This document shows positions 57,373-64,000 of a stretch of 64,000 nt of DNA, piece by piece. Positions within the stretch are counted from its first letter, which is position 1, and each line of letters begins with the position of its first letter. This DNA is from Candidatus Helarchaeota archaeon (lineage in GTDB: Archaea; Asgardarchaeota; Lokiarchaeia; Helarchaeales; RDOG01): assembly GCA_029838215.1 (NCBI GenBank), contig JALGVI010000006.1, positions 1-64,000 on the forward strand. Reading direction: 5' to 3'. Both the position numbers and the translations under genes were made by a program. A model generated the notes under the pieces. That model saw only the letters and a program-made list of their open reading frames with translations. It was not told where the DNA came from and searched no databases.

Positions 57373-58362
57373 TTAAAACTTGAACTTTGTCCCCACGCAT
57401 GCATTGGTCGTGATTTCGGGCAAAGCATTATAGATCTTGATGAATTCATTTTCTCCGGTGCAGTGCATTGGAGCAATCACGGCAGGGTTTTCCTTTCGGA
57501 AGTACTCAATTGTTTTATTCATTCTTTCTTCACGCGCTTTGAACAAGTGAAAACCACCAATTGCAGCCAAAATTCGTGAAATTCCCGTGACTTTCTTGGC
57601 GTGGTCGAGGATGTTCAAGATTCCAACGTGTGCACAACCCGTCATGACAACGAGCCCTTCATCCCGGATGTTGACCATGAGTTGGACTTCCTCTTGAAAA
57701 TCTGCAATGTCCCACTTTCCCGTTCTATTTGAGAGAAATTTATTCGCAATCTCAAAGTCATTTTTTCGCTCGACACCTGCCGTTGCATGGACACCAGGGA
57801 AGATTTCTGTCAAATTTGAAACGTGTTGAATAGTACAATTTCGGGCTTTGATTTTTTCAAGAACAGTAGCCATTGGAGGCATCTGTCTAATTTCTACCAA
57901 CGAAAACTCCCGTCGCATTTTCCGAAGAACTTTTTTATCAATCTCGCCTTCAGGCAAGTGAATCGTTTGGTCCTTGCTTGCATAATATGACGTGTCGACT
58001 TGTTCATGAAGATAAATTGGGATGTCCGATACGTGATCGAGAACTTCTAGGATCGAACCCCAGTGGTCGAAATGCCCGTGTGAAATAACCAAAGCATCAA
58101 TGGAAGCAGGATCTATCATCAATTTATTCCAATTATGTAAGATGGAATGGTTAACGCTACCAGTATCAAATAAAACGTTGAATTCCTTACTAGCTTTTTT
58201 TATTTTAAGATATAAAGCAAGACCGTGTTCTCCCAAGCAATTTATGCCTGGTGGTAATTGTTCGACATGTTTCTCGGGTATTGAATATGAGAACATCGCA
58301 TCCGCTTTATTATCCACGAGAACGAAAATCTCCAAGCCATCACAAGATTTAATAACCGCCAT
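57373..58362 (-). CDS. MBL-fold metallo-hydrolase (MJ0448/dihydropterin-synthase-like subfamily)
   Basis: GEHGL, FDTG, SHGHFDHWG, GCAH, GGFHL and HCTG. Confidence 0.9.
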   Translation of the reverse strand: MAVIKSCDGLEIFVLVDNKADAMFSYSIPEKHVEQLPPGINCLGEHGLALYLKIKKASKEFNVLFDTGSVNHSILHNWNKLMIDPASIDALVISHGHFDHWGSILEVLDHVSDIPIYLHEQVDTSYYASKDQTIHLPEGEIDKKVLRKMRREFSLVEIRQMPPMATVLEKIKARNCTIQHVSNLTEIFPGVHATAGVERKNDFEIANKFLSNRTGKWDIADFQEEVQLMVNIRDEGLVVMTGCAHVGILNILDHAKKVTGISRILAAIGGFHLFKAREERMNKTIEYFRKENPAVIAPMHCTGENEFIKIYNALPEITTNACVGTKFKF

Positions 58363-58565
58363 GAAATCCCTCTTGAAAAAGAGTATTTTGAATACAGGAA
58401 GTGAAACGGGCTTAAAAAGCTGTCTATTTCATGGTGGAAAGTGGAACATAACCTTGTAATACTCAGACGGGGAAATATTCGATTAAAACAATGGTATTGA
58501 GAGATATTTTTTGGCTAAAAAAATCCTATATTTATATTAAGATGGTATAGCTATTGTGATTTAAG

Positions 58566-59114
58566 ATGTCAAAAAAGCTAAGTGAAGCATACGAGAACTA
58601 CTTGCAAGCAATTTACAGATTTTGTGCTGATCGTGAGGATTGCATAGTCAAAACTTCGGAATTAGCGGAGCATCTTAGAGTTAAGCCTCCGAGCGTTACC
58701 GAAATGCTTGACAAACTGAAAAATGAAGGATATATTGTCTATAAAAAAAGAAAAGGTGTAAAATTAACAAAAAAAGGGAAAACTGTTGCCGAGAGAATTT
58801 TACAAAGCCATCGCATTATAGAGTTATTTTTGCGTGATGTCTTGAGAATGGAAAACGTGCACGAACTCGCAGGTGAGTTGGAGCACCATATCACGCCTGA
58901 AATGTATAATGCAATTTGTGAGTTATTGGAACATCCGCGCATTAATGGCTCAACAGTATTGTATTTTAATTTAGACAGAGTTGAAGAATTAATTAATGAG
59001 TTCACAGATGAAATCGTGAAGGAAGTGACTGACTCAGAAAATCAGCAAGTCATCTTTAAAATAAAAGAAAAATTCATTGAGAATTTAAGAAAGAAAGAAG
59101 AAAAGCTTCTTTAG
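58566..59114 (+). CDS. DtxR/MntR family metal-dependent transcriptional regulator
   Basis: ENYLQAIY, LRVKPPSVTEMLDKL, LTKKG, HRIIELFL and LEHH. Confidence 0.93.
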   Translation: MSKKLSEAYENYLQAIYRFCADREDCIVKTSELAEHLRVKPPSVTEMLDKLKNEGYIVYKKRKGVKLTKKGKTVAERILQSHRIIELFLRDVLRMENVHELAGELEHHITPEMYNAICELLEHPRINGSTVLYFNLDRVEELINEFTDEIVKEVTDSENQQVIFKIKEKFIENLRKKEEKLL

Positions 59115-59155
59115 TGTTGGTATTTGCTTTTACACGAAATACTGGGTGAAAAAAG

Positions 59156-60961
59156 TTGCCGAAATTAACTGGTGGAGAGATTATTGCAGAATATTTGATA
59201 AAGGAGAATATTCCTTACGTTTTTGCGATTCCAGGACATGGAAATTTAGGAATCATAGATGCTTTCAAGAGACATGAAGATAAAATCAAGGTCCTGCAGG
59301 TAAGACAAGAAATGAGCGGTGTTCACATGGCAGAAGGCTTTTACAGGGTAACAGGAATTCCTTTAGCCATGATAACATCGATTGGTCCGGGAGCAATTAA
59401 CACGGCAATCGGACTTGCCAATGCATTCGTTGACTCGATGCCAGTCCTTGTCATTACTGGAGACACTCACGTGCACATGCGTGGTGTTGGCGTGTTACAG
59501 GAGATCGAGCGGAATTTAGATTCAAATTTACCGAGAGTTCTTGAGCCACTCGTAAAGCGATCCTGGCAAGTAGCAAAAGTGGAACAATTACCTAAAATCA
59601 TGCAAAGGGCATTCAACCAAATGCTCACGGGAAGAAGAGGACCAGTTCATGTTGACATGCCAATGGACGTGCAATGTGATGCGATAGACGTGGAAATCCC
59701 CGAACCTCAAGCCCGTAAACCCAAAGGGCGTATGCGAGGGGATCCGAAAGAAATCGCAGAAGCCATTAAATTGTTGAAAAATTCTCAACGACCTGTTATA
59801 CTCGTAGGGGGAGGACTCGTTACATCGGGTGCTTTCGAAGAACTAAAAACGTTAGCAGAATTAATTGGTGCTCCGGTATTAAATACGATGATGGGAATAG
59901 GTGCTTTTCCAGCAGATCATCCACTATATGGATGGGCTACGGGATCAAAAGGGACGACTGTTGGATTAAAACTTTCGGCTACGGCAGATGTTCTGTTAGC
60001 AATTGGTTGTAGATTTGCAGATGAAACGAGTTCTTCGTATAAACATGGCGTGAGTTTTGCAATTCCGCCTACAAAGTTAATTCAAATTGACATTGATCCC
60101 ACGGAGATGGGGAAGAATTATCCGGTTTCGATAGGTATTGTTGGCGACGCAAGGGCGATCTTGGAAGACATCATTGCGGGCCTTAGAAATCAAAATTATA
60201 AAAAGGATTACGAAAGCACGGCATATTTTAGAGAGATCCAGCGGCTCAAAAAAGAGTGGAATGAATTTTTAAAAAATTGGGCAGATGATTCTAAGGTTCC
60301 TGTCATGATATCGGTCGTCTTGCGGGAGTTACGTGATTTTCTAAACCGTGATGCCGTAGTCATTACTTCATCAGGTAATACTCAAGCGCAAATTTTGCAG
60401 GAGTTTCCTTTTTATGAGCCAAATACTTGCATTACCACGGGAGGTTTCTCAACGATGGGTTACACGGTTCCTGCATCACTCGGTGTTAAGCTCGCCTTAC
60501 CCGAAAAACAAGTTGTTGGCTTGTTAGGAGACGGTGATTTCATGATGACAATGCAAGAGCTAGCAACGGCTGTTCAATATGGGTTAAATGTCGTGTTTGT
60601 CGTTTGCAATAACTTTGGCTGGATCGCCATTACGGACTTGCAAAGAGCTGCCTATGGTGAAGACCACGATCACGCAACAGAGTTTAAAGATACGAGCGGA
60701 AAACCATATTCTCCAAATCTTGCACTCGCTGCAGAAGCATTTGGATGTCATGCAGAACGGATTTCAACGAAACAAGAGATTCAACCAGCTCTTAAACGAG
60801 CTTTCGATTCAAACAAACCTGCCGTTATCGAAATTTTAACAAATCGGGAATTTCCGTTCACGGGAAGTCCTGCTCACGGATGGTGGGATGTACCGAGACC
60901 AGCTTATCTCAAAAAACGGCGAGAAGAATATTTAATAGACAGAAAAGAAGAAAAACTATAA
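59156..60961 (+). CDS. Thiamine-pyrophosphate-binding enzyme (acetolactate synthase-like/IolD-like)
   Basis: IPGHGNL, RQEMSGVHMA, GPGAIN, GPVHVDMPMD and TPP motif GDGDF...NN. Confidence 0.9.
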   Translation: MPKLTGGEIIAEYLIKENIPYVFAIPGHGNLGIIDAFKRHEDKIKVLQVRQEMSGVHMAEGFYRVTGIPLAMITSIGPGAINTAIGLANAFVDSMPVLVITGDTHVHMRGVGVLQEIERNLDSNLPRVLEPLVKRSWQVAKVEQLPKIMQRAFNQMLTGRRGPVHVDMPMDVQCDAIDVEIPEPQARKPKGRMRGDPKEIAEAIKLLKNSQRPVILVGGGLVTSGAFEELKTLAELIGAPVLNTMMGIGAFPADHPLYGWATGSKGTTVGLKLSATADVLLAIGCRFADETSSSYKHGVSFAIPPTKLIQIDIDPTEMGKNYPVSIGIVGDARAILEDIIAGLRNQNYKKDYESTAYFREIQRLKKEWNEFLKNWADDSKVPVMISVVLRELRDFLNRDAVVITSSGNTQAQILQEFPFYEPNTCITTGGFSTMGYTVPASLGVKLALPEKQVVGLLGDGDFMMTMQELATAVQYGLNVVFVVCNNFGWIAITDLQRAAYGEDHDHATEFKDTSGKPYSPNLALAAEAFGCHAERISTKQEIQPALKRAFDSNKPAVIEILTNREFPFTGSPAHGWWDVPRPAYLKKRREEYLIDRKEEKL

Positions 60962-60965
60962 AATT

Positions 60966-61646
60966 CTACAACAAATCCTCGAGATCTTTTTTCAAGGATT
61001 CAATGTCAGTTTTTAAATCCGTTTCAGTAGTTTCAGATTTCTCATCATCCACGTCGAGGTTATCTCGAAGTTCCGTCAGTTCTTTTTTCCATTCTTGGCG
61101 GCGTATTTTATCGGGTTTCTCCTTTTCTGCTTCGATCTCTTTCTTCAAGGCAAGAATACGTCGTTTTTCATCGTCTAATTTGGAAAGGATCTTTTTCTTT
61201 CTCTCTTCAAGTTCTTCCTTTTTTAATTGATGGATTGTTTCGTGTATTTGCTTTACACGAGATGTCAGTTTTTGTATGTTGTCATCACATAATTTAATTA
61301 GGGCAGAATTTGTGGTTGATTCTCTAAAATTCTGATAGATTCCTATCGCATCTTGGTGTTTCTTGGCCGCCGCCGCAAAATCACCATTATCTTCTAAATC
61401 GAAAGCATTTAATGTGACGGTTTTAGCAAGTTCTAAAAGTTTCTTCTTCAATGAAGTTATGTTCTTCTCACAAAAATCATACAAAGACGGTTTTTTACGC
61501 GCATCTAGATGTTCCTGAAACTCTAGAAACAAGTTCATTGCTCGAGCATAATTAAAAGCCGCTTCAATGTAATTTTTTGTATTTTTAACGTGTTCATCGC
61601 CATCCTTTACCAGTTGGGCAGCAATCTTAAGTACTTCAGCAGTCAA
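60966..61646 (-). CDS. Helical protein with two MIT/TPR-like three-helix repeats and a charged coiled-coil tail
   Basis: AAQLVKDGDEHVKNTKNYIEAAFNYARAM and AFDLEDNGDFAAAAKKHQDAIGIY. Confidence 0.6.
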   Translation of the reverse strand: MTAEVLKIAAQLVKDGDEHVKNTKNYIEAAFNYARAMNLFLEFQEHLDARKKPSLYDFCEKNITSLKKKLLELAKTVTLNAFDLEDNGDFAAAAKKHQDAIGIYQNFRESTTNSALIKLCDDNIQKLTSRVKQIHETIHQLKKEELEERKKKILSKLDDEKRRILALKKEIEAEKEKPDKIRRQEWKKELTELRDNLDVDDEKSETTETDLKTDIESLKKDLEDLL

Positions 61647-61826
61647 TTTAGCTCACGACCATTTTCTCATTAAATTGTTTAGAAATTTTTGTTTTTGAGT
61701 TTTTGCTCAGAATTACAGATCATTAGGGATTCGATTCAACCAATAATGTTAAAAATGAAATTCTACCATTCAAAATTACTATCTTTAAAGAATTTTTAAA
61801 AAAATCATAAATGAGATCGATTTTTT

Positions 61827-62321
61827 ATGTCAGATATCTCAAGTACTCCAAAATTTTACCTACCGATTATTGGTGCTGGAATTGCACTCGGTTTCGGTTT
61901 TGGCTTGTTGATATGCGCCATTCTTATAAACGTATTAGGGGGATTTAGTTTCTCCGATATGAATACCATTATTGGAATTGTTTTCATTGTCCTGCTCGCA
62001 GGAGCTGGTCCGGTCTGGATAATCATTCTGTCAGTTGCTGGTTGGATCTTGCATGCCATTCTCGTGAAAAACACGGATTTTGAGAAGATACCCATGATTT
62101 TTGGCATCGCTCTATTGGTGATCATTGCGGCACTAATGACAACCGGTTTCATCTTAAGTGCAAAGCCAATCTTAGATTATGTCACGATGATTACAAATCC
62201 AGTGAATTCGGGAAAAGAGTGGTTGTTCGTTTTCTATATTGCAAATGTCGTCTTGGGACTTATTGCATCCAGTGCTCAGGCACTCGGCTTGATTGGGAGC
62301 ATTCTTCTAATCAAATATTAA
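61827..62321 (+). CDS. Hypothetical membrane protein (about 4 TM)
   Basis: 164-aa highly hydrophobic ORF with ATG start. Confidence 0.7.
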   Translation: MSDISSTPKFYLPIIGAGIALGFGFGLLICAILINVLGGFSFSDMNTIIGIVFIVLLAGAGPVWIIILSVAGWILHAILVKNTDFEKIPMIFGIALLVIIAALMTTGFILSAKPILDYVTMITNPVNSGKEWLFVFYIANVVLGLIASSAQALGLIGSILLIKY

Positions 62322-62379
62322 TTTTTTTTTGTATGTGTTTGTTTAAAAATCAGAGCTACAAAGGGAATTTGTTTGATTC

Positions 62380-63738
62380 TCAAGAAATTTCAAATTTCGG
62401 TAAAGATAGGCTTTCGCTTTTCAGCACGTTTTCTAAAATATTTTTTAATTTTTCGATACCTTCTCGGGATCGAGCTTCCACGCGTCCAATAATTTTCGGT
62501 TCTGTATTTGATGCACGTAGCAAAGCCCAACCATCTTCTGTTTCGAATCGGACACCGTCTACATCAATTATCTTATAATCTTGCTTGAGTTTTTCTTTTA
62601 TCCGGTTGATTTTTTGAAATTTTTCTTGATCGGTTGTAGCAATTTCAATTGCGGGAGAAGATAGAAATTTTGGTAGCGTGAGAAATAAATCGTGTAATGT
62701 TTTAGGAGAACGTGAGAGCATGCTACTAAATACTACGGAGGCATATACTGCATCGTCATAATTGTAATAATTTTCGGTAATGTAATAATGACCGCTCAGC
62801 TCGCCTGCGAGAGCAACACCAGTTTCTTGAATGGTTCGTTTTATAAAGCTATGCCCTGTTCGATGAATGATCGGCACGCCTCCTGCTGCACGAACTTCAT
62901 CGCCAACGGCTTTTGAGCACTTGACATCGTAAAGAACTTTAGCACCTTTATTTCTTTCAAGTAAATCCCGTGCCAACAGTATTAGGCTTTGATCTCCAAA
63001 CAGCACGTGTCCTGTTTCATCAATGAAATAAACACGATCACCATCGCCATCATATGCCACGCCTAAATCGGCTTTCTCTTTTACCACCAGTTCACGTGCA
63101 GACTTGAGGTATTGGAACTTTTCAGGGTTAGGATCGCGATTTGGAAATCGTCCGTCAACTTCACAGAAAAGCGTGATCACGTCACATCCTAACTTTTTAA
63201 AGATTTCAGGGGCCGTCAGGCAGCACACGCCGTTTCCAGCATCGATGACAATTTTGATCTCTTTCTCCAGTGTGACCTTGGAAGTGACGTAATCAACATA
63301 TTTGGGAATGATATCAAGTTTTTTGACCGAGCCTTGCCCAGTCTTGAATTCGTCCTTTTTTATAATTTCTAGAATCTTTTGAATTTCTTCGGGAAAGAAA
63401 GGCAAGTTTGACTTACATAGTTTAAAACCATTATATTGAGGCGGATTATGAGACCCCGTAATTTGAATTCCGCCTTCTCCTTTTTCATGAAAAATTGAAA
63501 AGTAAAGAACAGGGGTGGGAACCGTTCCCACGTCAATGACATTCGCACCCGTAGAGGTCAGACCTTTTATCAAGTTCTTCTTTAAAGCATTGGAACTCAA
63601 TCGTCCGTCCATTCCAACAAAAACGGTTTCATAATTCGTGAATGTTCCGTATGCTTTTCCGATTTTTTCAGCCAAGTCGTCCGTAAGGTTTTCTTCATAG
63701 ACGCCTCGAATGTCATAAGCGCGAAAAATTGATTCCAT
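62380..63738 (-). CDS. Phosphomannomutase/phosphoglucomutase
   Basis: FRAYDIRG, TGSHNP (phospho-Ser), YDGDGDR, GELSGH and RASNTEP. Confidence 0.95.
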   Translation of the reverse strand: MESIFRAYDIRGVYEENLTDDLAEKIGKAYGTFTNYETVFVGMDGRLSSNALKKNLIKGLTSTGANVIDVGTVPTPVLYFSIFHEKGEGGIQITGSHNPPQYNGFKLCKSNLPFFPEEIQKILEIIKKDEFKTGQGSVKKLDIIPKYVDYVTSKVTLEKEIKIVIDAGNGVCCLTAPEIFKKLGCDVITLFCEVDGRFPNRDPNPEKFQYLKSARELVVKEKADLGVAYDGDGDRVYFIDETGHVLFGDQSLILLARDLLERNKGAKVLYDVKCSKAVGDEVRAAGGVPIIHRTGHSFIKRTIQETGVALAGELSGHYYITENYYNYDDAVYASVVFSSMLSRSPKTLHDLFLTLPKFLSSPAIEIATTDQEKFQKINRIKEKLKQDYKIIDVDGVRFETEDGWALLRASNTEPKIIGRVEARSREGIEKLKNILENVLKSESLSLPKFEIS

Positions 63739-63777
63739 CTAATTTCCTTCCTTTTTTCCAATTTATTGATCCATTAA

Positions 63778-63999
63778 TTATTGGATAATTCCTTCAATTA
63801 ATTCTTTTCCAATTTTAGTTAATTTTTTTGCTTTCTCTTTCGAGCTTGCCTCTGCAGAAATTCGTAATAGTGGTTCCGTTCCAGATGGACGTATCAATAA
63901 CCAACTTTTGTCTTCACAGATGAGTTTCAAGCCGTCAATATCCAAGACCTGAACGATTTTTTCGTTATCTAATTTATCAGGAAGAGATGAAGTAATTTT
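63778..63999 (-). CDS. Phosphohexomutase family protein, C-terminal end only (truncated by the window edge)
   Basis: The minus-frame translation ...DIDGLKL...WLLIRPSGTEPLLRISAEA...IIQ-stop matches phosphohexomutase domain IV. It is not in the ORF track. Confidence 0.9.
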   Translation of the reverse strand, partial: KITSSLPDKLDNEKIVQVLDIDGLKLICEDKSWLLIRPSGTEPLLRISAEASSKEKAKKLTKIGKELIEGIIQ

Positions 64000-64000
64000 A

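Noticed and set aside
1-64000. tRNA, rRNA and selenoprotein (in-frame TGA) genes
   Set aside because: No cloverleaf/T-loop context outside CDSs, no rRNA-like GC-rich stretch, and no TGA-interrupted ORF with homology continuing in the same frame was found by eye.

Overview
AT-rich, densely coding archaeal chromosome segment, most consistent with an Asgard archaeon (Lokiarchaeia/Helarchaeales-like). This is inferred from an archaeal eRF1/aRF1, an archaeal-type ThrRS, archaeal SD-like motifs (GGTGA/GAGG) with frequent TTG/GTG starts, and eukaryotic-signature-like proteins (Rab-like GTPase, UBA3-like E1, RING protein). I see no rRNA, tRNA, CRISPR array or transposase. Most of the window is housekeeping or anaerobic lipid/acyl-CoA metabolism. 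Four things stand out. (1) An apparent operon at 19.0-21.6 kb pairs a eukaryote-type E1 with a protein of three Cys-less UBC/RWD-like repeats plus a C-terminal C4HC3-type RING, which is the domain layout of the Fanconi anaemia E3 ligase FANCL. (2) A 42.7-53.0 kb island has four DNA methyltransferases, no evident cognate restriction enzyme, an NPP-family phosphodiesterase overlapping one MTase, and an ABC-ATPase + TOPRIM-like pair. (3) Inside that island, one gene has a histone-H1-like Lys/Ala-rich tail reachable only through two serial -1 frameshifts at duplicated A_AAA_AAG sites; this is either programmed recoding or an assembly artefact. (4) There are several candidate cytoskeleton/ESCRT-related proteins (coiled coil + gelsolin-like domain, WH2-like motifs, tandem MIT-like helices), a RidA-PLP enzyme fusion, and two PAS-only proteins. 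All family assignments come from motif recognition by eye; no database searches were run.
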